64,000 nucleotides of DNA from Deferribacterales bacterium (GTDB lineage Bacteria; Chrysiogenota; Deferribacteres; Deferribacterales; Geovibrionaceae): NCBI GenBank assembly GCA_050253335.1, contig JBFWJG010000001.1, forward strand, positions 1 through 64,000, written 5' to 3'. This document shows, one piece after another, positions 49,788 to 60,182 of the stretch. The position numbers and the translations under genes are program-made. Position 1 is the stretch's first letter, and each line of letters starts with the position of its first letter. The notes beneath the pieces are model-generated. The model saw only the letters and a program-made list of their open reading frames with translations, was not told the DNA's origin and searched no databases.

Positions 49788-49792
49788 CATAA

Positions 49793-49838
49793 GCCCCGCG
49801 GGAGCAGGTTTTCTTCTTCCGCGGGCAGTTTGTTTATT
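49793..49838 (+). terminator. Putative terminator after dksA
   Basis: CCCGCGGGAG/CTTCCGCGGG stem followed by T-rich tract. Confidence 0.55.
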
Positions 49839-50049
49839 TCGGCTTAAATCAGGTCTTTTTCTGTTGCCGTTTTTCACCGCCTCTATTATCTTAACGCTTG
49901 CGCGCGCATTTCGCGAGAATGTGGTTTTGCTGAAAATCATTCTCCGCTGTTCTGTGTGTCCTCCGTGCAGCCGGACCTTGTTTATCAGGGTGCGGGCGTG
50001 TATGGAAATTCTCATGGCTGAAGAATTTTTTTGTTAATGAAGGTGCATT

Positions 50050-51573
50050 ATGGCAGCAAGACTCATTTTACTGATACTCGACGGCTGGGGCTGCCGCGAA
50101 GATGAAAGAAACAACGCGGTTTCCCTGTCCCGTCCGGCTAATTTTCTGAAGCTGATGAAAACATGCCCCCACACCCTGCTTGATGCCAGCGAGGAGAGGG
50201 TCGGACTGCCCGCGGGGCAGATGGGCAACTCCGAGGTCGGGCACACCAACATAGGCGCGGGACGCATAGTCTATCAGGATTTCCTGAAAATCAGCATGGA
50301 TGTCCGCTCCGGCGAGATTGAAAAAAACACAAATATAAATACATTCTTTGAAGACACGCTCAAAGGTTCAGGCAGGCTGCACTTCTTCGGTCTGCTTTCA
50401 GACGGCGGAGTACACAGTCACATCGACCACCTGAAAGGTCTGGTGAAAATGGCGCAGGCAAAAGGTATTTCGCATATCTTCATCCACGCCTTCACCGACG
50501 GCAGGGACACCCCCCCTAAAAGCGGCATAGATTACGTCAGGGAGATTGAAGCATTCCTTGAGGAAACCGGGGCAGGGCGGATCGCCACTGTCTGCGGCAG
50601 GTATTACGCCATGGACAGGGACAAAAGATGGGACAGAGTGGAAAAGGCTTACAACATGCTCCGTCTGGGAGAGGGACGAAAGGTTCAGTCAGCTTCTCAG
50701 GCAGTGCTCGATTCCTACGCGGGCAGTGAGACGGACGAGTTCATTCAGCCCTCAGTCATTCAGGGTGTTGACGGAAAAGTGAAGGACGGGGATTTTGTCT
50801 TTTTCTATAACTTCCGTGCCGACAGAGCCAGAGAACTCTGCCTCGCCTTCAATGACCGCAGCTTCGGCGGTTTTGCCCGCAAAGACCACCCGCATGTGAA
50901 CTTCATGACCCTCACCAGATATGAGAAGAACTACACCTTCCCCGTGGCCTATCCGCCGGAGGAGCTTAACGAGATATTCGGCGAGGTCATCAGCCGAGAA
51001 GGCTTAAAACAGCTCCGCATAGCCGAAACCGAGAAATACGCCCACGTGACGTACTTCTTCAACGGCGGGCGGGAGACCGTTTTTGAGGGTGAGGAGCGCG
51101 AGCTTATTGAATCCCCCAAGGACGTGCCCACTTATGACAAAAAACCTGAGATGAGCGTTTATAAAGTCGCTGAAAAATTCAGGGAAGTTTTCCTGAAAGG
51201 TGATGTTGACGTGGCTGTTATGAACTTCGCAAACCCCGACATGGTGGGGCACACCGGAGTTGAGGAAGCGGCGGTTAACGCCTGCCGCGCCGTGGATGAA
51301 TGCCTGGGCGAAGTAATCCGCATCGCGGATGAAACAGGCGCGGTTCTTGCCGTTACGGCGGATCACGGCAACTGTGAGCAGATGTGGGATTATGAAAACG
51401 ATCAGCCCCACACTGCACATACCTTGAATCCTGTGCCGTTTATAGTTTATAATTATAAATGCGTACTTCAGAGCGAAAAAGGCAAGCTGGCGGACATTGC
51501 GCCGACCCTGCTTGACATCATGGGAATAAACCAGCCGGAAGCAATGACCGGAAAGTCGCTTCTGGTAAAATAA
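50050..51573 (+). CDS. gpmI: 2,3-bisphosphoglycerate-independent phosphoglycerate mutase
   Basis: LDGWG, GQMGNSEVGH, DGRD, AETEKYAHVT, NPDMVGHTG, ADHGN. Confidence 0.96.
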   Translation: MAARLILLILDGWGCREDERNNAVSLSRPANFLKLMKTCPHTLLDASEERVGLPAGQMGNSEVGHTNIGAGRIVYQDFLKISMDVRSGEIEKNTNINTFFEDTLKGSGRLHFFGLLSDGGVHSHIDHLKGLVKMAQAKGISHIFIHAFTDGRDTPPKSGIDYVREIEAFLEETGAGRIATVCGRYYAMDRDKRWDRVEKAYNMLRLGEGRKVQSASQAVLDSYAGSETDEFIQPSVIQGVDGKVKDGDFVFFYNFRADRARELCLAFNDRSFGGFARKDHPHVNFMTLTRYEKNYTFPVAYPPEELNEIFGEVISREGLKQLRIAETEKYAHVTYFFNGGRETVFEGEERELIESPKDVPTYDKKPEMSVYKVAEKFREVFLKGDVDVAVMNFANPDMVGHTGVEEAAVNACRAVDECLGEVIRIADETGAVLAVTADHGNCEQMWDYENDQPHTAHTLNPVPFIVYNYKCVLQSEKGKLADIAPTLLDIMGINQPEAMTGKSLLVK

Positions 51574-51598
51574 ATTTTTAAAGGGGGCGGGACAGAAT

Positions 51599-52261
51599 AT
51601 GTTTTCTGAAATTTTCCGCCCCGTTTGCGCCGCCTGCGGCGAGGACTCGCCGGAGGGTATTTTCTGCGCGGAATGCGGGGAAAGCCTGCGCCGCCTGAAG
51701 ATGTTCTGCCGTACATGCGGACATCCGCTGAATGTTGACGCTCTGACGTGCGGTTTCTGCCCGTCAAGGCGCTATGACAGGCTTTTTACCGACTACCTCT
51801 ATGCTCCGCCGGTTAAGGAACTGCTTAAAAAGATCAAGTTTGCTTACGGTGTGAGAGGTATTTTTCATCTTGGTGAACTGATTAGGCAGCCGGCGGAGAT
51901 GTTTTCGGTGTATGATGTAATTACACCCGTGCCTTCGCACTACACACGGAAGCTTCGCAGGATAATGCATCCGGCGGATATTCTGGCGGCGCACATAGCC
52001 TCCGCGGCGGGAAAAAAAGCTGAAAGGCTCATAGTCCGCCGTAGAAAGACCGGCTATCAGTGGAAACTGAAAAAAAAGCAGAGAATAAGGAACGTAAGCG
52101 GAGCCTTCGCCCTTAACGGTGAATGTTCGGGAAAGAAAATCCTCATTGTTGACGATATTTACACAACCGGTTCCACCGTCAACGAATGCGCAGGGGTTCT
52201 CAAAATAAACGGAGCGGAGCTTGTGGACGTATACGCCCTGAGCTGCACAGGATATTATTAA
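51599..52261 (+). CDS. comF: ComF family (double zinc ribbon + PRTase)
   Basis: Four CxxC pairs; LIVDDIYTTGST. Confidence 0.85.
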   Translation: MFSEIFRPVCAACGEDSPEGIFCAECGESLRRLKMFCRTCGHPLNVDALTCGFCPSRRYDRLFTDYLYAPPVKELLKKIKFAYGVRGIFHLGELIRQPAEMFSVYDVITPVPSHYTRKLRRIMHPADILAAHIASAAGKKAERLIVRRRKTGYQWKLKKKQRIRNVSGAFALNGECSGKKILIVDDIYTTGSTVNECAGVLKINGAELVDVYALSCTGYY

Positions 52262-52274
52262 TGGAGTTTTTCAG

Positions 52275-53924
52275 ATGAAGATGCTGGACATGCTCGCATC
52301 CAACCTTGCGGGGCTGGATTTTCCCATGTTTGCATATCTCCCGCGTACGGGGAAAATGTACCGCCTTGACGGGGGGAAAACATCGCCCATGCCTGTTCCC
52401 GAAACGATCAGGCCGGGGCTTGAGGATGAAACCAAGTCTGTTATATATTTCAGGAAGGGAGAGGAGATTATTGTCTTCTTCTTTTTCCGGATTGAGGCGG
52501 AAGGGAGTGAAATAATCCTCGTTATTCAGGACGGCAAAGGGGGGCAGCGTCCGGCAAGGGTGCTCTCTGTTTTTGCCTCTAAGGCGCTCACGGAGAAGCC
52601 GGTTCCCGCACCGGAGCCTGTTTTCAGGAATTACTCCGCGGATGATTCGCTCCGCCGCGAGCTTGAGCGGATGGTGGGCAGGGTCACCGAGCTTGAGATA
52701 AGCCTCACCGAGAAAGACGCCAGACTTATGGAGCTTCAGCGCAGGCTGTTTGTTCAGAACGAGCTTCTGGACAAGATGGAGAGCGCGGAAAGCAAGGATG
52801 AAGGGCGCCTTGAAGAGATAATGGAGCTGAAAGAGCAGATTGTGGCCAAAAATGAGGAGATAGCAAGCCTCGAAGCGGAGATTCAGTCGCTCCAGATTGA
52901 GGCCGAATCCCTGAACGGCAAGCTCAGCAGCTATGACGATGTTCTTTCGGATAATGATGTCAAGATACACGAGCTTGAGGCCGAGCTCGAAAATCAGGGC
53001 GAAGAACTGGCAAAAGCAGAAGATCTCAACGGCATTCTTAAAACCAGCCGAAACAAGATAAGAAAGCTCATGGACGGACTGCCCATGCCGCTTTTCTCTG
53101 TGGATAAACACTATATTGTCAAAAACGTCAACCGTGCCGCCGGAGATTTTGCCGGAAACGGACCCCTCAACGAAATTGTCGGTCAGGAGTGCTACAAAGC
53201 TTTCTACGGATTTGACGCGCCCTGTTCGTGGTGCCACCTTTCGGATGCTCTGGAAGGGAAGGAAACCACGGAGCATATAGATGTGTATAAAAAGGACAAG
53301 CTTCTCAAGATAGAGCAGCAGATGTACCCTGTGCACAATAACGAAGGCGAAGTGGACGAGGCGGGCGAGCATCTCTTTGACATGACGGAGCAATATGAGC
53401 TGATAAACTCCCTTGAAACATACAGAGGGCAGATTAAGAAGTATAAAATGTCAAAGCTCAATGATATTAACGAGATAGAAGAACTTAAAAAAGAATATAC
53501 CACCCTGAACGAAAGCTATGAGGAACTTCAGGCTAAGTTTCAGAAAATGCGCGTGACTCTGGAAAGGCTTCTCTCCGAAGATAAGATGAATGAGCTTCTG
53601 CGTACCAGAAACGAAAACGCCGAGCTGAGAAACAAGCTCACCCGTGCCGCCAGCGCACTCAGAAACTATCAGGTTAACCTTGACGACAGCAAAACCAGAT
53701 ACACCGAGCTGAATAAAAAGACGGTTTACCAGCTTGAGAGGCTGATAAACGTGCTCAATAACAAGGCAACCCTCAAACAGCCCGATATGGAACAGAGTCT
53801 CGCTTTCATCAACAGCGAGATTGCCCGCCTTAAACGTGATTATGATAAACTTTGTGGTGGAAAAACAGCCAAAACAAGTGTAAATGTTAGTGACGCCCCG
53901 GAAGGCGCGCCGGAAGCGGATTGA
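52275..53924 (+). CDS. Hypothetical coiled-coil protein with central PAS-like domain
   Basis: Long heptad segments flanking LMDGLPMPLFSVD...VN...GQECY...PCSWCH...MYPV. Confidence 0.75.
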   Translation: MKMLDMLASNLAGLDFPMFAYLPRTGKMYRLDGGKTSPMPVPETIRPGLEDETKSVIYFRKGEEIIVFFFFRIEAEGSEIILVIQDGKGGQRPARVLSVFASKALTEKPVPAPEPVFRNYSADDSLRRELERMVGRVTELEISLTEKDARLMELQRRLFVQNELLDKMESAESKDEGRLEEIMELKEQIVAKNEEIASLEAEIQSLQIEAESLNGKLSSYDDVLSDNDVKIHELEAELENQGEELAKAEDLNGILKTSRNKIRKLMDGLPMPLFSVDKHYIVKNVNRAAGDFAGNGPLNEIVGQECYKAFYGFDAPCSWCHLSDALEGKETTEHIDVYKKDKLLKIEQQMYPVHNNEGEVDEAGEHLFDMTEQYELINSLETYRGQIKKYKMSKLNDINEIEELKKEYTTLNESYEELQAKFQKMRVTLERLLSEDKMNELLRTRNENAELRNKLTRAASALRNYQVNLDDSKTRYTELNKKTVYQLERLINVLNNKATLKQPDMEQSLAFINSEIARLKRDYDKLCGGKTAKTSVNVSDAPEGAPEAD

Positions 53925-54047
53925 CAGTGTTTTTTCCAGAACGCTGTCTCGTTTTCGGGACGGGCAGAGTTTTATCCGTACAGGCGCACAGGGACGGTAT
54001 GCTGACTCCGTTTAAGCGGAGTTTTTCAGTTTAATGTAAAAAATTAA

Positions 54048-55064
<1,017 letters not shown>

Positions 55065-55085
55065 TCCGGCAGCGGACAGAACGAA

Positions 55086-56255
55086 ATGGCTAAGAGCATA
55101 AAGGATCTTGAATTAAAAGGAAGAAGGCTGTTCATGAGGGTGGATTTCAACATCCCCCTCAAAGACGGCGTGGTTCAGGACGATACGCGCATACGCGAGG
55201 CTTTGGAATCCATCAGGTACGCCAAGGACGCGGGGGCGAGGGTTATTCTCGCCTCCCATCTGGGCAGACCCAAAGGCGAGAGAAATCCGGCGTATTCCCT
55301 TGAACCTGTTGCGGAATATATCAGCAAGAACTACTTCCATGTGGATTTCATAGACGACTGCATCGGCGAAAAAGTGCAGCAGACGGTCGGCAGGATGCGC
55401 GACGGCGAGGTTCTGCTTCTGGAAAACCTGCGCTTTTATAAAGGCGAGGAGAAAAACCTCCCCGAGTTCACTGCTGAACTTGCGAAGCTTGCGGATGCTT
55501 ATGTGAACGATGCCTTCGGCACATGCCACAGAAAGCACGCCTCCGTTTACGGACTTCCCGAACTTGTTCAGGACAAGGCGGCCGGCTTCTTGGTTGAAAG
55601 AGAGATAAAATATTTCGAAAAGCTGCTGAAAAACGCCGACAGGCCATTCGCGGCTATCCTCGGCGGAGCTAAGGTTTCGGATAAGATAGGCGTTATCGAA
55701 TCCCTGATCGAGCTTGCGGACAGAATCTTCATCGGCGGCGCCATGGCTTACACTTTCCTTAAATTCAAGGGAATTAAGACGGGCATTTCCCTTGTCGAGT
55801 CGGATCAGGATGAAACTGTGGACAAAATCCTCAGAAAAGCGGCCGAGAAGGGAGTGCAGATATATCTTCCCGTTGATCATGTTGTTGCGCCTGAATTTAA
55901 CTCATTATCAGGTATAATCACTGAGGGTGCGGACATAGCTGACGGAATGATGGGACTTGATATAGGCTCTAAAACTACTCAGTTGTACATCAAGGCGCTT
56001 GAGGAGTGCAGAACAGTGCTCTGGAACGGACCTATGGGCGTATTTGAGAAGGAGCAGTTCTCCAAGGGAACATTCTCGCTGGCGAGGGCTCTGGGCGACA
56101 GTGACGCTGTGGTTGTTGTAGGCGGGGGTGACTCTGTTTCCGCTGCCTGTCAGGCGGGCGTTGCGGACAAGCTGGCGCATATCTCCACCGGCGGCGGCGC
56201 TTCTCTGGAATATATAGAGTTCGGCAGACTGCCCGGAATCGAAATTTTAGGATAA
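55086..56255 (+). CDS. pgk: Phosphoglycerate kinase
   Basis: [37 protein letters not shown]. Confidence 0.97.
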   Translation: MAKSIKDLELKGRRLFMRVDFNIPLKDGVVQDDTRIREALESIRYAKDAGARVILASHLGRPKGERNPAYSLEPVAEYISKNYFHVDFIDDCIGEKVQQTVGRMRDGEVLLLENLRFYKGEEKNLPEFTAELAKLADAYVNDAFGTCHRKHASVYGLPELVQDKAAGFLVEREIKYFEKLLKNADRPFAAILGGAKVSDKIGVIESLIELADRIFIGGAMAYTFLKFKGIKTGISLVESDQDETVDKILRKAAEKGVQIYLPVDHVVAPEFNSLSGIITEGADIADGMMGLDIGSKTTQLYIKALEECRTVLWNGPMGVFEKEQFSKGTFSLARALGDSDAVVVVGGGDSVSAACQAGVADKLAHISTGGGASLEYIEFGRLPGIEILG

Positions 56256-56308
56256 AAAAATAAAGTCTCTGCTTCATTTGTGAAGCAGGTCAAAGTTTTT
56301 AAGGTTTT

Positions 56309-56346
56309 TTGGGGAAGCTTTTTTTAAAAGTTTCCCCAATTTTTTT
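56309..56346 (+). terminator. Putative terminator after pgk
   Basis: TTGGGGAAGCTTTT/AAAAGTTTCCCCAA hairpin followed by T7. Confidence 0.65.
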
Positions 56347-56347
56347 G

Positions 56348-56384
56348 GCTTAATTTCTGATAGTTCGGAAGCGGTACGTCCTGT
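56348..56384 (-). repeat. Truncated 3' tail of GGA-loop repeat
   Basis: GCTTAATTTCTGATAGTTCGGAAGCGGTACGTCCTGT matches 56766-56802 with 2 mismatches. Confidence 0.85.
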
Positions 56385-56390
56385 TATGAT

Positions 56391-56485
56391 AAATCCCCCT
56401 CTTATCCCCCTTTTATAAAGGGGGAGGTTATTTCAGATAAACGAAAAACACCCTCCTTTTGCAAAAGGAGGGCAAGGGAGGATTT
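56391..56485. repeat. Inverted pair of CCCCCTT/AAGGGGG-type palindromes (REP-like)
   Basis: TCCCCCTTT..AAAGGGGGA and CCCTCCTTTTGCAAAAGGAGGG hairpins with outer AAATCC/GGATTT. Confidence 0.7.
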
Positions 56486-56518
56486 CTGCCGATAGGTATG
56501 TCTTTTTAATTGCTGAAA

Positions 56519-56599
56519 TGTCTTTCTGAGCGTCAGCGAAGAATCATCGGACGACTGCCTGCATATGAGATCCTTCACCCCTTTAGGGTTCAGGATGAC
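56519..56599. repeat. REP-like GTC(A/T)TTCTGAG...GAAGAATC element with inverted partner
   Basis: TGTCTTTCTGAGCGTCAGCGAAGAATC ... GAGATCCTTCAC...TTCAGGATGAC. Confidence 0.78.
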
Positions 56600-56612
56600 T
56601 CATTGAGCAGCC

Positions 56613-56897
56613 TTACTTTCCGCCGCTGACCTTGGTTGATTTCTGATAGTTCGGAAGCGGTACGTCCTGTCCGTTTCTTTACACGCTCACGCCTTGCAGA
56701 GCAAGGCTTCGCTTCGCACGGCGCATTCCCATCCATGGGAGTGTTTACTTTCCGCCGCTGACCTTGCTTAATTTCTGATAGTTCAGAAACGGTACGTCCT
56801 GTCCGTTTCTTCACACGCTCGCGCCTTGCAGAGCAAGGCTTCGCTCCGCACGGCGCACTCCCATCCATGGGAGTGTTTATTTCCCGCCGCTGACCTT
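56613..56897 (-). repeat. 132-bp tandem repeat: two GGA-loop elements (copies D1/D2) plus three copies of the PilZ gene 3' end
   Basis: Stop-codon triplets at 56613, 56745, 56877; CACTCCC-ATGGAT-GGGA(G/A)TG and AGAAACGG-ACAGGACGTA-CCG(T/C)TTC hairpins. Confidence 0.93.
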
Positions 56898-57308
56898 ATC
56901 AAGGGCCATGTCGTTGATTTTCTTTTCGTCCCCTTTTCTGATTGAGGTGAACTGGATTCCGCAGAGCTTATGTGTGCGCCATGCAACACGCCCGCGTATT
57001 ATGTCGCTGGCGAAAATATCTGCCGTAAGCGGCATGTTGGGGCATTTGAGGCAGGCAAGTTTTTTAAGGGAGTGCTTGTTCCCTATTTCAACTTCCTCGC
57101 CTTCAAGCAGGTTGCTGTTGTGGAAAATACAGAGACCGCCCGCGCTGTAGTCGTGCACACGGGCAATAAAGCATGTGGAGGGTTCTTTCAGCCCTGTTTT
57201 CTTGTCTGTTTTCAAAACCGCAACGCAGAGTCTGAAGCCGCCGGGCGCACGCCTGAAGTTTCTCTTGCGCTCCCCTTTTCCGATTAAACCTTTTAATTTA
57301 TCCAGCAT
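56877..57308 (-). CDS. Stand-alone PilZ domain protein
   Basis: RxxxR (RNFRR), DYSAGG, GRVAW, GIQF. Confidence 0.8.
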   Translation of the reverse strand: MLDKLKGLIGKGERKRNFRRAPGGFRLCVAVLKTDKKTGLKEPSTCFIARVHDYSAGGLCIFHNSNLLEGEEVEIGNKHSLKKLACLKCPNMPLTADIFASDIIRGRVAWRTHKLCGIQFTSIRKGDEKKINDMALDKVSGGK

Positions 57309-57382
57309 TGTGTATGAACCTATAAATATTTATACAATTCTACATGAAATTGTTATAAAATTACAAGACTTCGGAGAAAAAA

Positions 57383-57778
57383 ATGACAGATGTTGCGGCA
57401 GCGGTGATTTTTAAGGACAACAAAGTATTTCTGGCAAGAAGAAAACCTAACCAGAGGCTGGGCGGGTTCTGGGAATTTCCCGGAGGAAAGATTGAACAGG
57501 GCGAATCCGGCGCGGAGGCTATCATCCGCGAGATAAAAGAGGAGCTCGGAATCAATGTTCAGGTTGGCGGGCTCATAGGCCAGTGCATCCACCATTATGA
57601 CACATGGTCTATCCGTCTTATTGTGTATGAGTGCGACTGGGTTTCAGGGCGTCTTGTGCCGAGGGTGCATGACGATACTGCGTGGGTGGATGCTGACGAA
57701 CTGGCTTCCTACAGCCTCGCTCCGGCGGATGTGCATTTTGTCGAGCCTGTGCGCGCGATAATGCTCAGCAGAGCCTAA
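57383..57778 (+). CDS. MutT/NudG-like NUDIX hydrolase
   Basis: WEFPGGKIEQGESGAEAIIREIKEELG Nudix box; LAPAD. Confidence 0.9.
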   Translation: MTDVAAAVIFKDNKVFLARRKPNQRLGGFWEFPGGKIEQGESGAEAIIREIKEELGINVQVGGLIGQCIHHYDTWSIRLIVYECDWVSGRLVPRVHDDTAWVDADELASYSLAPADVHFVEPVRAIMLSRA

Positions 57779-58506
57779 GCCTTGTCCAGAAGCATCTGCA
57801 CAGCGAACTGTTTCGCTATTCTTCCGCTTCTTCCGCCCCTGTCCATGGCGTAGTTTTCAGCCAGCCTCTGCCAGTCCTCAATATTAAGTCCGAATTTTTT
57901 CAGATAATGCTCCGCTATGTGCAGGTAAGCCTCCCTGCGCATGGGGTAGAAGCCTATGTTTATGGCGAAGCGTGATTTGAGTGAGGTTCTCTCATTCTCT
58001 TCGTCACGGTCGTAGATGTCGTTTGTGTCTGCCGCTTTGTCCGGAACCATGTGGCGCATGTTTGAGGTGGCGACTATCATGCAGTTTGACGGACGCTTCT
58101 CCAGCCCGCCCTCAAGAACGGACTTGAACCTTCTGAAAAGAGTGTCGTTTTTATCGAATGATATGTCATCAAAGAAAATCATGTAATAGTGTCTTGTGTC
58201 CCTTCGGATCGAGGAGTAAAGAGCGGGAAGCTCCGTGATGTCCTCCTGACGGAACTCAACGGCGCGCAAGCCTTTTTCGTGATATTCGGTAAGAAGCATT
58301 TTGATTATGGAAGACTTACCGGCGCCTCTTTCACCCCAGAGGAGCATATCAAGATGGGCTCCTCCGGAAACGAAAGAGCGGATGTTCCGCTCGGCCTTTT
58401 CAATCTGGCTTTCAAGATCCACAAGGTCGCCCCTGCGGACGGAGTCCGTCTCCTCTATGGTTTCAAGCGCTCCGCCCTTCCATCTGAAAGCGTATATCCC
58501 GTCCAT
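57775..58506 (-). CDS. DUF815 family AAA+ ATPase
   Basis: LLWGERGAGKSS, IFFDDISF, KSVLEGG, ATSNMRH, GGRSGRIA. Confidence 0.85.
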   Translation of the reverse strand: MDGIYAFRWKGGALETIEETDSVRRGDLVDLESQIEKAERNIRSFVSGGAHLDMLLWGERGAGKSSIIKMLLTEYHEKGLRAVEFRQEDITELPALYSSIRRDTRHYYMIFFDDISFDKNDTLFRRFKSVLEGGLEKRPSNCMIVATSNMRHMVPDKAADTNDIYDRDEENERTSLKSRFAINIGFYPMRREAYLHIAEHYLKKFGLNIEDWQRLAENYAMDRGGRSGRIAKQFAVQMLLDKA

Positions 58507-58510
58507 ATGT

Positions 58511-59479
58511 TTAAAGCAGCCTTGCCGCATCCTTAGCGAAATAGGTGAGGATCAGCTTGGCTCCTGCTCTTTTCATGGAGAGCAGGGATTCGAACATCAC
58601 TCTTTCATAGTCCAGCCAGCCTCTCTGGGCGGCGGCGTGTATCATGGCGTATTCACCGCTTACGTTGTATGCGGCGATGGGTTTGTCAAAGTTGTCGGCA
58701 AGTTCGCGTATTATATCGAGGTAAGGCAGACCGGGCTTAACCATGAGGATGTCCGCGCCCTCCTCAACATCCGTCATAGCCTCGCGCAGAGCCTCACGCC
58801 TGTTTGCGGGGTCCATCTGGTAGGTTTTGCGGTCGCCGAATGCGGGGGTGCTTTCCGCGGCCTCACGGAAGGGGCCGTAAAACGCGGAGCTGTATTTGAC
58901 GGCGTAGCTCATTATGGGGATATTGTGGTAGCCGTTGCCGTCCAGAATGTCCCTGATGGTGATTATGCGTCCGTCCATCATGTCGCTGGGGGCAACCATA
59001 TCCGCGCCCGCCTCGGCGTGGCTGAGGGCTTCAAGGGCGAGATATTTCAGGGTTTCGTCATTATCCACATCGTTGTTTTTTATTATTCCGCAGTGGCCGT
59101 GGTCGGTGTATTCGCACATGCAGACATCTGTTATAACATACATTTCGGGCACTTCGTGCTTTATGGCTCTTATGGCGTTCTGTATAACGCCGTGCTTGTC
59201 ATAAGCCTGTGAGCCTTCAGCATCCTTGTGCTGGGGGATTCCGAAAAGGATTACAGAGGGAACGCCCAGTGCCTTGAGCTTCTGGCATTCCGTGACGATG
59301 TGCTCGATGCTCATCTGATAAACGCCGGGCATTGAGGAGATCTCCTTCTTGATGCCTTCGCCTTCTGCAACGAAAAGCGGATAGATCAGATCATCAACGG
59401 AGACCTGATTCTCTCTCACCATTCTTCTTATAGCGGGGTTGCTTCTGAGTCTTCTGCCTCTGTCTATGGGGAATGCCAT
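58511..59479 (-). CDS. hemB: Porphobilinogen synthase
   Basis: [40 protein letters not shown]. Confidence 0.97.
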   Translation of the reverse strand: MAFPIDRGRRLRSNPAIRRMVRENQVSVDDLIYPLFVAEGEGIKKEISSMPGVYQMSIEHIVTECQKLKALGVPSVILFGIPQHKDAEGSQAYDKHGVIQNAIRAIKHEVPEMYVITDVCMCEYTDHGHCGIIKNNDVDNDETLKYLALEALSHAEAGADMVAPSDMMDGRIITIRDILDGNGYHNIPIMSYAVKYSSAFYGPFREAAESTPAFGDRKTYQMDPANRREALREAMTDVEEGADILMVKPGLPYLDIIRELADNFDKPIAAYNVSGEYAMIHAAAQRGWLDYERVMFESLLSMKRAGAKLILTYFAKDAARLL

Positions 59480-59480
59480 G

Positions 59481-60182
59481 TCAAACTCCTTTGTAAAGAT
59501 TAGATATAAGCTCCGTCATGCCCTCAATGGTCTGCACCTGCGGGTAAACGGATTCGTGCCCCCTCTCCCTGAGATACTGCCATGTGGTTTTCCCTATACT
59601 GACAAGGGTGACCTCGTGAAGGTTCTCTGCCTGCGCCAGAAGGCTTTCTGCGGCGCTTGGGGCGGTGAGGGTTATTATGTCTATGCCGTTTTCTTTTATA
59701 TATCTGTCAACGAAGCCTTTTTCGTATATAACCGGAGATGTTTTGTAGGTGCTTATCTTATCTACCTCGGCTCCCCGCTCTTCAAGGTATCCGCAGAGAT
59801 CCCCCGCGCGCTTCTCCGCACCGGGCGAGAGAACTTTCATCCCCTTAACCTCAATTTCGGAAAACATGCGGATAAGTCCCTCCGCGGAAAATTCATCCGG
59901 CACGCCGTCCGGAGTTATGCCATACTCCTGAAGCTTTTTAGCGGTCTTCGTGCCGACTGCCACTGTATAGCGGAACTTCACTCTGCCGAAATTCTGTGCG
60001 AAGGTTTCCACCGACACGGGGCTGGTGAATACCGCCACATCATAATCCTTATCAGGGATCGGTGCGCCCGTCGGAACTGTCTCAATCAGCGGGAGAGAAA
60101 AGACCTGAAAGCCATCCTTCTCAAGGAGCCCGACAAGCTCCGCCGACTGGCTTTTCTGTCTGGTTACAAGAACCTGCCTCAT
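59481..60182 (-). CDS. hemD: Uroporphyrinogen-III synthase
   Basis: VLVTRQ, FTSP, AVGTKTA, SAEGL, TAPS, SIGKTT; ATG 60182 overlapping hemC stop. Confidence 0.88.
   Translation of the reverse strand: MRQVLVTRQKSQSAELVGLLEKDGFQVFSLPLIETVPTGAPIPDKDYDVAVFTSPVSVETFAQNFGRVKFRYTVAVGTKTAKKLQEYGITPDGVPDEFSAEGLIRMFSEIEVKGMKVLSPGAEKRAGDLCGYLEERGAEVDKISTYKTSPVIYEKGFVDRYIKENGIDIITLTAPSAAESLLAQAENLHEVTLVSIGKTTWQYLRERGHESVYPQVQTIEGMTELISNLYKGV

Noticed and set aside
49840..50049. Long gpmI upstream region with a GAGAATG/CATTCTC hairpin as a possible ncRNA
   Set aside because: Single modest hairpin, no repeat or known motif
56590..56868. 92-aa ORF with a 44-aa tandem repeat (MDGxAPCxAKPC...), and a similar start in ORF 16123..17004
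   Set aside because: By-product of the DNA repeat: the ATG lies in a hairpin loop and variation follows base-pairing rather than codons
56613..56897. CRISPR array interpretation of the tandem repeats
   Set aside because: The intervening segments are near-identical rather than unique spacers, the period is 132 bp, and no cas genes are present
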